DNA of 64,000 bases from a bacterium (lineage in GTDB: Bacteria; UBA8248). The notes under the pieces were generated by a model. The model made no database searches, was not told the DNA's origin, and worked only from the letters and a program-made list of their open reading frames with translations. Position 1 is the first letter of the stretch. Each line of letters opens with the position of its first letter. The stretch spans positions 992,001-1,056,000 of the forward strand of contig OZ241875.1 in assembly GCA_965203325.1 (NCBI GenBank), read 5' to 3'. Positions 38,111-47,097 of this stretch are shown here, piece by piece. Both the position numbers and the translations under genes were made by a program.

Positions 38111-38821
38111 CTACCGCCTCTTCTTTCTCCGGGCGGCTCTCTCCTCGGACGTGGAAGTCCATCTCCGCGCGGAGGCCCACTTCTCGAGGTCTTCGAGCAG
38201 GTAGCGCACCCGGTATCCGGTGCGAAGAAAATCCGGCCCCTCTCCGCTCACGCGGTAGCGCTCCAGCGTCTTGGGCGAGAGGCCGAGCCAGGCGGCCGCC
38301 TCCCGCGTGTTCAGGTGGTTCTCCTCCGTGCGCTCATCGGCGTCCCCGGGTTCCACGGCGGCGTCCCACGTCCCGTCGAACGGATCGGGCAAGTCCGCGA
38401 GCCTCTCGCGTATAACGCGGATTTCCTCTCGCGTCGCGTTGGCCGCCATCCAGGCGCGCACCCGGTCGAAGGTCTTGAGATACGGCGAGGCGCCCCGGCG
38501 CAGCCGCCCCACGAAGGAGGGATTCCCCACGGCCTCCTCGCCCAGGATCGAGACCTTGGTCCTGCTCACCGCGAGGAACGCCTCGACCTCGGCCCGCAGG
38601 AGCGGTCCCAGGGGCGGATACCCCATGAACGCGAGCACCCGGTCCGCCGTGTCGACCCGCAGGGGCCGCCCCCGGGCCTGCAGTCCCACGAAGCCGGGAA
38701 TGCCCAGCGCGCCCACCCCGAAGCGCCTCGCGCTCATCCCTCGGCGCGCGCGCCAGAGCGCAATGCTCCGGCGCATTCGCTCGTCCAGCGGGGTGCCGGT
38801 ATCGTCGTCGAACGCGGTCAT
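38111..38821 (-). CDS. DNA-binding protein: two Cro-like repeats plus a C-terminal AlpA/excisionase-type HTH
   Basis: HLNTREAAAWLGLSPKTLERYRVSGEGPDF...VRY; duplicated ..G.P.FV..L.RG.....T.DRV.A.M unit. Confidence 0.8.
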   Translation of the reverse strand: MTAFDDDTGTPLDERMRRSIALWRARRGMSARRFGVGALGIPGFVGLQARGRPLRVDTADRVLAFMGYPPLGPLLRAEVEAFLAVSRTKVSILGEEAVGNPSFVGRLRRGASPYLKTFDRVRAWMAANATREEIRVIRERLADLPDPFDGTWDAAVEPGDADERTEENHLNTREAAAWLGLSPKTLERYRVSGEGPDFLRTGYRVRYLLEDLEKWASARRWTSTSEERAARRKKRR

Positions 38822-39089
38822 GGCGCGCGAACATAAGGAAAGGACGAGCGCCCGTTCAATCGTTGTTTCTAGCGCAGAAGGTACACCCGGGAAGAGTCCG
38901 CGAGCGCGTCCGTGCGCGGGTCGCTCATCGGTTCAGCCTGAAATCAAGGGGGTTTTCCGGAAAACGAGGGTCGCTAGAGAACGTGCAGCGAGGCGCTGCG
39001 GAAAAAAAGGAAAGACGCCGCCCCCCGGGCGAGAGCTCGAAAACCTCTTTCGTTCACGCCGCAGTGGGCTGTTTCGCGAGTCGTCCCTG

Positions 39090-39185
39090 CGAATGACCGG
39101 CGATTGGCGGCGCCCGGCGAGTTGCATCTCGACCGGAGAAGCCCCTGCCATGGCAAGGCGCTGCGCGCTGCCCGTGCGCAGGTCG
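39090..39185 (-). pseudogene. C-terminal fragment of a Cre-like tyrosine recombinase
   Basis: DLRTGSAQRLAMAGASPVEMQLAGRRQSP resembles HSLRVGxAQxLAxAGASxxEMQxAGRWxS; the catalytic H and Y are not retained. Confidence 0.65.
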
Positions 39186-39409
39186 AAACGGCGCCGATTT
39201 CCTTGTTTCATTCGTTTTTATCGCATCGTATGCTGATGTTCCGGGTCGTCCGCCGAATACAATACGGCCAAGCCGAAACAGGCGGACATTCCTTCGTGGA
39301 TTGTATGCCAACGGCCCGGATTCTGGAGGACATATAAAATATCCGGCCGGGCAGGCGGGGCGCAGCAATGCCTCCGCCTACCCGGCCTGCCACCCCAGTA
39401 ATCATTCTC

Positions 39410-39722
39410 TCATGGGGTGATGAGCATCAAAAATTCGCCGACCCGAATCGGATACGCCGTGCCATACCAACAACTGCCTCTGAGCCTTGTGGTATTATCA
39501 CCCTGCCAACGAACGATTTACCGGTCTTGTAAACGTTCGGCGGCAGGGTGATAATTTAGTCGATGCCGGAGACATTTGTAGGAATTGCACGGTGTAGCTA
39601 GCTTCAGTTGGTGTTTTCCAGTTCCTAATCACCCCACGACCGAACGTATACCCGGTCTTCGACGACTCGCGCCCCCTGGGATGCTCCGGGGTTGTACTGA
39701 GGCCGCTTGCGTTTTGATTACA
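39410..39722 (+). repeat. Structured non-coding repeat, copy C of 3 (39535-39722), preceded by an extra hairpin unit
   Basis: Same motif order as copies A and B. Extra unit GGGGTGATGA...TTATCACCC..CGAAC at 39410-39515. Perfect 14-bp IR at 39494-39507 / 39542-39555. Confidence 0.85.
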
Positions 39723-40134
39723 TTTATTTCAAGGAATTTATAACTGGCTTGAAAACAATGATTTAATTTTCATATTCTGGATAATACGATAAATACCGAT
39801 AAATTAACGGGGTTTTTCGATAAATAGCTGACAATTTTTTTCTCGGGAAATGACGCCGCGGAATCCGGGCGCAGGGGAATCCTGCCACAGTCTGCGACTC
39901 CATCGATGACGGCAAATGCGCGCAAATGCGGGGATTTTCGCACCCTCACCGCTCAGGCCGGCTCCCGGGCGATCAAAAACGTCTTTCATTTTTTCACAAG
40001 CGATATATTGTTGTAATTCAATAGCTTAGGAGGCCGGATTCCGCCGCCGGGAAACAGTCCATAGCGAGGCAGCCCGGTTTGGTGATATAATGGCGTCACC
40101 ATATCCGGGAGTCATTTCCTAAGAGGAAACCGCG

Positions 40135-40776
40135 ATGCCCAGACGCCATAAAGTACGGAAATACAAGCCCTATCTCATGCGCTACCTCCATTCGGCCGAC
40201 CCGAACTACGAGCCGGTGCTCATGGATTTGCTCGAACACGAGCACGAGGTGTATGACGAGAGCACCGTCGGCGAGGGGGCCGAGTCGACCCGCGGAGAGC
40301 GGCTTCCCCACATGTGGCACGTTGTTTTTACGGAACTTACGGACATTCTCACCCCGTTCCACATCGAGCAGCTCTTCGAGCGGCTGGAGAAGGATTTCGC
40401 CGCCACCTGCCAGGTTCTGCGCGAGATGTCCGACCCGCAACCGGTCGAAAAAGAGCCGGAATTCAGGCATTACCTCATGCGCTACATGAACTCGGACGAC
40501 CCGAACTACGAGCCGGTGCTCAGAGACATTCTCGAGCACGAACACGAGAGATACGACGCCATCACGGCGAGCGAGGAGGTTGATTTCCAGCGCGGCGAGC
40601 AAGGAACGCTCGCCTGGCAGGCGGTATATAGCCAACTCTGCAGCGTCATTTCGCCCGCGCGAATCAAAGAGCTTTTCGACAAGCTGGAAAGGGATTTCTC
40701 GGCCACCTGCGCGCTCTTCCACGAGATGGCCGAGGCCGAGAAACTCATACAGGAAGAAGAGGGCGGACCCGGCTAG
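40135..40776 (+). CDS. Hypothetical acidic protein made of two tandem ~100-aa repeats
   Basis: YLMRYxxSxDPNYEPVLxDxLEHEHExYD...LFxxLExDFxATC occurs twice; AGAGGA SD. Confidence 0.8.
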   Translation: MPRRHKVRKYKPYLMRYLHSADPNYEPVLMDLLEHEHEVYDESTVGEGAESTRGERLPHMWHVVFTELTDILTPFHIEQLFERLEKDFAATCQVLREMSDPQPVEKEPEFRHYLMRYMNSDDPNYEPVLRDILEHEHERYDAITASEEVDFQRGEQGTLAWQAVYSQLCSVISPARIKELFDKLERDFSATCALFHEMAEAEKLIQEEEGGPG

Positions 40777-40901
40777 ACCCGGCTTCACGCCCCTTGCCAC
40801 TCCCGGCCGCTATCCTTACAATCCAAGGCTCACCAAGCCGAAAGACAACCGGACGCCTCATCAAATCAGAGGTTTACAGCTCATCGAGAGGGGAATCCCG
40901 C

Positions 40902-41288
40902 ATGGCCGAATACTCATACGACCACCTTCACTTCAGGAGCGAAGACCCGCACGCCGCCCGCGATTTCTGGATCGACATGTTCGGCGCCACCGTCGTGGAG
41001 GAGCGCAAGCTGGGGGGCGCGCCTTCGTTCAACATGGAGTTGAACGGCATGGTGTTCCTCGTCTCGGGCCGGGCGGAGGGAGAAGACCCCGTGCGGACTG
41101 GCTCCGAACCCCGCTACGGGCTGGATCATTTCGGGCTCCGGGTCGACGACATGGACGAGGCGCAAAAAGAGCTGACCGAAAAGGGCGCGGAGTGGATTTG
41201 CGAGCCCTGGGAGATTCGGCCGGGTGTGAAGATCGCCTTCATCAAGGGGCCTGACAACATCAGCATCGAGATGGCCCAGCGCGGCTGA
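40902..41288 (+). CDS. VOC/glyoxalase family protein
   Basis: YDHLHF..D......FW...FG; GLDHFGLRVDD; AFIKGPDNISIE. Confidence 0.9.
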   Translation: MAEYSYDHLHFRSEDPHAARDFWIDMFGATVVEERKLGGAPSFNMELNGMVFLVSGRAEGEDPVRTGSEPRYGLDHFGLRVDDMDEAQKELTEKGAEWICEPWEIRPGVKIAFIKGPDNISIEMAQRG

Positions 41289-41480
41289 TTTCTTCACCTC
41301 GGACGACATCAATCGGCAGGGACGGTCATACCGGCATGGTATTGTTTTCATTCACTCTCAGGCGATGCCAGGGTAATTGTCCGCCGGATGCGACACGGGT
41401 GAATTTCGGGAACTGGCGTATGCGCGCTCAGAAGTGGTAACCTTCTCAGAGAAACGTATCCCGCCGCCGGGGATTTCGTC

Positions 41481-42167
41481 ATGGAGAAATGGAACAGACG
41501 AGAGCTGCTGAAAAACTCCCTGCTCGGCCTGACCGCGCTCGGCACAGGCGCATTCGCGCTTCGGGAAACCCTCGCTCCCACGCCCGCTTACGGCGAATTG
41601 GGGGAATACGGAAAATTTCTGCTCGCGCGAGGCGAAAAGCCGGATGAGGCTCCGCCCCAGGCGCGAATGCCGACTCACTCGGACTCCATGGGACCCTATT
41701 ACAAGGAAGGGGCTCCTTTCCGTGGCCGCCTGATGCCCCGGGACGCGGCGGGAACGCCCATGCTCATCCGCGGCCGCGTCTATGGACACGACACCCAGAA
41801 ACCGCTCGAGGGCGCGATTATCGACGTCTGGCAGGCGGATGACAGCGGCAGCTACCACGGCATGGACGAGAAGGAGAATTATCTCTACAGGGCGCGTATG
41901 CGCTCCACAAGGAGAGGGCTGTACCAGTTCGAAACCGTGCATCCGGGGCGATACGGCTTCGGCTTCTGGGCGAGGCCCTCACACATTCATTTCTATATCC
42001 GCCATCCCGATTACCAGCCCCTGGTGACGCAACTGTATTTTCGGGGCGACCCGAGACTGGGCGACCATGAAAGAGCGAGACCCTCATTGATCATCCCGCT
42101 CAAGAAGGTTTCCTGGGGAAAAACCTACGAACTCGGAAATTTCGATATCGTTCTGGTGCGGAAATGA
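41481..42167 (+). CDS. Intradiol ring-cleavage dioxygenase-like protein with Tat-type signal
   Basis: NRRELLK; GPYY; IDVWQADDSGSY; TVHPGRY; RPSHIH; LVTQLYF. Confidence 0.88.
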   Translation: MEKWNRRELLKNSLLGLTALGTGAFALRETLAPTPAYGELGEYGKFLLARGEKPDEAPPQARMPTHSDSMGPYYKEGAPFRGRLMPRDAAGTPMLIRGRVYGHDTQKPLEGAIIDVWQADDSGSYHGMDEKENYLYRARMRSTRRGLYQFETVHPGRYGFGFWARPSHIHFYIRHPDYQPLVTQLYFRGDPRLGDHERARPSLIIPLKKVSWGKTYELGNFDIVLVRK

Positions 42168-42207
42168 GGAAAATCGCACGTTTTCAACTACTTGAAATGC
42201 CCCGCTC

Positions 42208-43524
42208 TCAGCCGTAGAGCGCCGCTTGAAGCTGCTCGCGCATTCTCTCGGGCGCCATACCAAAAGCGCGCAGCGTGTCCTCCGCTTCATGAATGACCCG
42301 GTCGATATCCTCATAGATTTTGTACGTCTTGGTGTAGTCGGGATACTCGAACCCCATGGCCTGGCCGAGAATCGTCATGAAGTTCTCGATTTCAAAGGAT
42401 TCACCCTTTTCCAGACCGCATAGTTCACGGTGACAACTGTGATAAACGGTGAGCAGCGAATCCACCTTGGCGCGGCGCGCCGAGTCGAAAAGTTTCTCCC
42501 GCATCGCCGCTTTCGCCTCGGGAATGACGAGCGTGGGACACTGATAGGCATGATCGGAGAGTTGTTCAATCTCCACAAACTCGAGGCCGGGAACCGCCCG
42601 GAGAATTTTCACCACGTTTTCTTCGACGCCATCGCTGCCCCCGTGCAGGTGCACGGCCACGCGCTTTTCCACTTTTTGCGTGAATTCTCCCCTTAAAGCC
42701 TCCAGATTGTCCACCAGATATTGCGTGATGTGGACGAAGGGCAGGGTTTCCTCTTCGCTATTTATCGAATCACCCGCCATGGGGAGAAGCGGCTTGCCGG
42801 TATAGAGGTGTTGGTATTCGGAGTACTGCATCTGGCAGGTCGGGCAAAACGTAATGACTTTCTCGGGCTGATATGACTTGAAATGATCCAAAGAGCGCGC
42901 GCCCATCGCCGCCCCCGCCTCCAGATCTCCGCGCCTGATGTGGTTAATGCCGCAGCAATGGCCCACGCCGCCGGCGACCTCATAGTCCAGCCCCAGCCGG
43001 TCGAAAACATCGATGCAGGAGAGCAGGATATGGGGCGTCTGGAGGATGTTGCACCCAAAGTAAAACACCGCGTCCACTTTGTTCGCCTCCGAGCCCCGCA
43101 CGGCGGTGAGGCGTCTGAATTGTTCGGGTTCTAATTGCAAAGCGGCCATGAAACGAATCTTCCGGCTCAAGTCCTGAAAATAAGACCTGCCGGCTTCCTG
43201 GATGTCCGCTTTCTCTGATTCGATATTCTGTAGCTTCAGCTTGGCGTAGGTGAGCATTTCACGCGGATTGACGTCTTCCGGACAGGCCTCGATGCAAACT
43301 CCGCTTTTTTGGCAAGCCTTGGCCCACAATGCCCCTTCCGGTTCATGCGGACGATCGTTGATGATGTTGAGCACGGATTTCGTTACCCTCTCCGGGTCTG
43401 CGCCTTTCGCTCCCGAATACGAAACCATCGGGCAGACCTCGTAACATTTTCCGCAATGCGTACAGGCTTCGGTGATTCGGGAGATTCGCTCTTCCATGAA
43501 ACTCCGGTAGGCAGTCGCTTCCAT
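42208..43524 (-). CDS. Fe-S oxidoreductase (GlcF/HdrD-like, 4Fe-4S + CCG domains)
   Basis: CTHCGKCYEVCP; CQKSGVCIEACP; YFGC; HCCG; CPTC. Confidence 0.85.
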   Translation of the reverse strand: MEATAYRSFMEERISRITEACTHCGKCYEVCPMVSYSGAKGADPERVTKSVLNIINDRPHEPEGALWAKACQKSGVCIEACPEDVNPREMLTYAKLKLQNIESEKADIQEAGRSYFQDLSRKIRFMAALQLEPEQFRRLTAVRGSEANKVDAVFYFGCNILQTPHILLSCIDVFDRLGLDYEVAGGVGHCCGINHIRRGDLEAGAAMGARSLDHFKSYQPEKVITFCPTCQMQYSEYQHLYTGKPLLPMAGDSINSEEETLPFVHITQYLVDNLEALRGEFTQKVEKRVAVHLHGGSDGVEENVVKILRAVPGLEFVEIEQLSDHAYQCPTLVIPEAKAAMREKLFDSARRAKVDSLLTVYHSCHRELCGLEKGESFEIENFMTILGQAMGFEYPDYTKTYKIYEDIDRVIHEAEDTLRAFGMAPERMREQLQAALYG

Positions 43525-43808
43525 GACGTTCCTTCATGAGGATGGAAAATGAGCAGAAATTTTATGGGAGCCGACCGGCGTGGTCAACCAAACAGATAAT
43601 GGATGGTGCCACGCTGCTTGAGATAGCATGATGGCGTGAGCAGTCGTCTCATCCTGGGAGTTTTTGACCCGGCTCCGCCAATATGTTAGTTAGGAGCCAG
43701 TTTCCTGACTCCCTGAGTGACGGAAAACCCTCATGGAAACGGTCTCATCCCTGCATCCGCGCAAACATGATTTGCTTTTTACGGAAAGCTTCGAGGAGGT
43801 TTTGAGAA

Positions 43809-45317
43809 ATGCCGAATGCTACAGAGAAATACGATGTCGTCGTCGTGGGTTGCGGCAATGCCGCACTATGCGCATCGCTTGCGGCGCGAGACCAGGGTGC
43901 GAATGTATTGGTGCTCGAAAAAGCGCCCGAGGCATGGCGCGGCGGCAATTCGGCTTTCTCGGGAGGCTTGTTTCGGTTCGCCTTTAACAGCATCGAGGAC
44001 ATCTACTCGCTCGTACCGGACCTTTCCGACGCCGAGAAAGAAAATATCGAGATTGACCCCTACACATCGGAAAAATTCTTTGAAGACCTCGCCCTGTTGA
44101 CCGAATACCAGACTGACGGCGACCTTGCCTCCGTCCTCATCCACGAGTCGTTTCCGACCCTGAAATGGATGCAATCGAAGGGTCTGCGGCTCATCCTCGC
44201 AAGCGGCCGGCAGGCATTCAAGGTGGACGGCAAGATGCGCTTCTGGGGCGGTCTGGTTCTCGAGATCGTGGGCGGCGGACGCGGCCTCATAGATTCCCTG
44301 CTTGATTCTGCGAACGAGGCCGGAGTCGAGATTCGCTACGCATCGAAGGCGATGCGCCTGCTCACGGACCCGATGGGCGGCGTGACGGGCGTCGAAGTAA
44401 AAGGTCCCGATGGGCCTTACGAAATCGAGACGCACGGTGTGGTGCTGGCGTCGGGTGGTTTCGAGGCGAACGCCGAGATGCGCTGCCGCTACCTGGGTCC
44501 GGGCTGGGAGCTCGCAAAAGTCCGCGGCACCCCCTACAACACGGGCGACGGCATCAAGATGGCGCTCGATATCGGCGCGCAGCCCTACGGCAACTGGAGC
44601 GGCTGTCACGCCGTGGCCTGGGATTTGAACGCCCCGCCCTTCGGTGATCTCACGGTAGGAGAGTCCTACCAGAAACACTCCTATCCGTTCGGCATCATCG
44701 TGAACATCGAGGGAAAACGCTTCGTGGACGAGGGGGCCGATTTCAGAAACTATACCTACGCAAAATACGGCCGAAACATCCTCCAGCAGCCCCAGCGGGC
44801 CGCTTTTCAGATTTTCGACCAGAAAACGGTTCACATGCTGCGCGACGAATATCGCATCCGCGAAGTCACCAAGGCCGAGGCCAACACGCTGGAAGAACTT
44901 GCCGGACAACTGGAGATCGATGTCGATGAGTTCGTCAAAACCGTTCAGGAATACAACGCCGCCGTTCAGTCGGGCGAATACAACCCGACGATCAAAGACG
45001 GCAAATGCACACAGGGTATCGACCCCCCGAAATCGAACTGGGCGCTTCCCATCGATGAGCCGCCCTATCTCGGCTTCGCCGTTACCACGGGCATCACGTT
45101 CACCTTCGGCGGCATCCGCGTGACACCCAAAGCGGAGGTCATGAATACCGAAAACGAGATCATCCCCGGTCTCTTCGCCGCGGGCGAACTCGTGGGCGGC
45201 GTCTACTATTTCAACTACCCGGGAGGCGCAGGGCTGACCCTGGGCTCCGTATACGGTCGGCTGGCGGGCACCGCAGCGGGGCAGCGCGCCGCCGAGGCGA
45301 ATACGGTCTCCGCGTAA
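43809..45317 (+). CDS. tcuA: FAD-dependent tricarballylate dehydrogenase TcuA-like flavoprotein
   Basis: VVVVGCGNAALCA; RGGNSAFSGG; GGFEAN; RFVDEGAD; GITFTFGG; NYPGGAGL. Confidence 0.85.
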   Translation: MPNATEKYDVVVVGCGNAALCASLAARDQGANVLVLEKAPEAWRGGNSAFSGGLFRFAFNSIEDIYSLVPDLSDAEKENIEIDPYTSEKFFEDLALLTEYQTDGDLASVLIHESFPTLKWMQSKGLRLILASGRQAFKVDGKMRFWGGLVLEIVGGGRGLIDSLLDSANEAGVEIRYASKAMRLLTDPMGGVTGVEVKGPDGPYEIETHGVVLASGGFEANAEMRCRYLGPGWELAKVRGTPYNTGDGIKMALDIGAQPYGNWSGCHAVAWDLNAPPFGDLTVGESYQKHSYPFGIIVNIEGKRFVDEGADFRNYTYAKYGRNILQQPQRAAFQIFDQKTVHMLRDEYRIREVTKAEANTLEELAGQLEIDVDEFVKTVQEYNAAVQSGEYNPTIKDGKCTQGIDPPKSNWALPIDEPPYLGFAVTTGITFTFGGIRVTPKAEVMNTENEIIPGLFAAGELVGGVYYFNYPGGAGLTLGSVYGRLAGTAAGQRAAEANTVSA

Positions 45318-45346
45318 ATCTTCCTGTCTTTAAGGGACGAGGCGCT

Positions 45347-45901
45347 TTACGCCGTAATACCGCTCATAGAGATCGATTCGCCGTTCAGGCTCATCGTGCT
45401 TTTCAGAGGAACGGCGTCCGTCACCATTTGCTCGGCGAAACATCCCTGCTTCGCATTTTTGATGACTGCCAGTATTTTCTCCGCCGGTTCATCGGATTCC
45501 ACTTCAAAGTGCGTACGCACCTCGTTGCATCCGGCATTCACCGTTCCCTTGAGAACAGAGCCCCGTAAGAAATAATCGAAATCCACGTGCACCTTGGCGT
45601 GCGTGAAGGACACTTTCATCATATGCGCGTACCGCGCAAGCTGGGTGAGCAGTCAGAACCCCACCCCCATGGCAATGTAGCAAAGCGGTTGGGGATAGGA
45701 ATCCTCACCGCCGATGCGGGGCGGTTCATCGCAATACACTTCGAAGTGTCTGTGCGTTCCCAGCTTGAGTTGACCCTTACCCTCTATCGTTTCGGTGTCG
45801 GCGGACATGGTGAAAGCATAGCCCTGCCTGGGGAGTTCGGGTTTGTCGATGGCACGCTCACCGGGAACGGTGCTGTCTTTACGCGGGTCGAGTGGTTCCA
45901 C
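45347..45901 (-). CDS. OsmC-like protein with in-frame UGA (probable selenocysteine)
   Basis: DEPPRIGGEDSYPQPLCYIAMGVGF-TGA-LLTQLARYA...KQGCFAE is one frame. Hairpin 14 nt after the UGA. AAGGAG SD before the GTG at 45901 (alternative ATG at 45925). Confidence 0.8.
45624..45638 (-). promoter_or_regulatory. SECIS-like hairpin
   Basis: TGCGCG-GTA-CGCGCA begins 14 nt 3' of the UGA at 45653-45655; apical loop starts with G. Confidence 0.6.
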
Positions 45902-46020
45902 TTGTCTTGTCTCCTTTGGTGTCATAAGAATGGCGGAAGAAAGACGCTATTATGCACGCAAGGGCGGTGCAAGCGAACCGCCGGAGCACTCGTTTTCTCG
46001 TGGTTAAAAGGGGCTATTTT

Positions 46021-46974
46021 GTGAACCGAATCGCCGTGCCAGATGACTACCCTTCCGTTTTCATGGGCAGCACCGCCGAGACCCGTCTGCGGGAGATCGG
46101 GGATGCGGAAATCCATACCTCAAACCCGCAAACGTCCGAAGAACTGCTAAAACGAGTTTCCGGGGCCGATGGAATCATCAACATCCGGGCTTTTTGCAAA
46201 TTCGACGCGGATTTTTTCTCGAATTGCGGCGGTCTCAAGGTACTTTCGATCTGGGGCACGGGGGCGGATCACGTCGATTTGAAGGCAGCCGAGAGCGTAG
46301 GCGTCATCGTATCGAACACACCGGGCGTGGCCGCCGTTTCCGTGGCGGAACACACTCTGACCCTCATGATGGCGGCCGCGCGTCAGATACCCGTCAATGA
46401 TTCCGCCATACGGACGGGCGAGTGGCCACGGGGACAGATGACGCAATTGCACGGAAAAACACTCGGCCTCATCGGCCTTGGCGCCATCGGCCGCCAGACG
46501 GCCCGCATCGCCGCCGGGGTCGGAATGAAGCTCATCGCCTGGACGTTTCATCCGGACGATGATTTCGCCGCAGAAGCAGGGCTGGAGTTCGTCGATTTGA
46601 ACACTTTGTATGAACAGGCGGATGTCGTCTCGATTCACGTACGGCAATCGGCTGACACCATCGGCATGATTGGCGCCGAGGCATTCTCCCGCATGGGGCC
46701 AGATACCATTTTGGTGAACACCGCGCGGGGGCCTGTCGTGGATGAAGAAGCGCTCATAGCGGCATTGGAAAGCGGGGCCTTGGCTGCGGCGGGTCTTGAC
46801 GTATTCGATCAGGAGCCTTTACCCCCGAACCATCCGATCGGGAAACTGAAAAACGTGGTTCTCTCCCCGCACAATGCAGGCATCACGCCTGAGGTTACCG
46901 AAGCAGGACTTTTGATGTCGGTGGAAAACATTGCCGCCGCACTCTCGGGCAACCCGCAAAACGTGGTGCATTAA
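46021..46974 (+). CDS. D-isomer-specific 2-hydroxyacid dehydrogenase
   Basis: GLIGLGAIG; LVNTARGPVVDE; GLDVFDQEP; SPHNAG. GTG start inferred. Confidence 0.92.
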   Translation: MNRIAVPDDYPSVFMGSTAETRLREIGDAEIHTSNPQTSEELLKRVSGADGIINIRAFCKFDADFFSNCGGLKVLSIWGTGADHVDLKAAESVGVIVSNTPGVAAVSVAEHTLTLMMAAARQIPVNDSAIRTGEWPRGQMTQLHGKTLGLIGLGAIGRQTARIAAGVGMKLIAWTFHPDDDFAAEAGLEFVDLNTLYEQADVVSIHVRQSADTIGMIGAEAFSRMGPDTILVNTARGPVVDEEALIAALESGALAAAGLDVFDQEPLPPNHPIGKLKNVVLSPHNAGITPEVTEAGLLMSVENIAAALSGNPQNVVH

Positions 46975-47097
46975 TCATGATTTGCTATAATGAGACTTTG
47001 GAATAGGCCATTTTCTTTACCCGGAGACCATCTGCTTGTGTCAATAGCAGCATGAAGATTCCTTCAATTTTTCGCCCGAATGGTCAAGGAGAAAAAA

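Noticed and set aside
37679..38836. 385-aa plus-strand ORF
   Set aside because: A chimera of the recombinase fragment and the antisense of the HTH gene; it also spans a terminator.
22829..39722. Repeated element as CRISPR array, integron attC sites or tRNA/att duplication
   Set aside because: No equal-length repeat-spacer run and no cas genes. The AAC...GTT spacing is only ~20 bp, too short for attC. No cloverleaf or CCA end.
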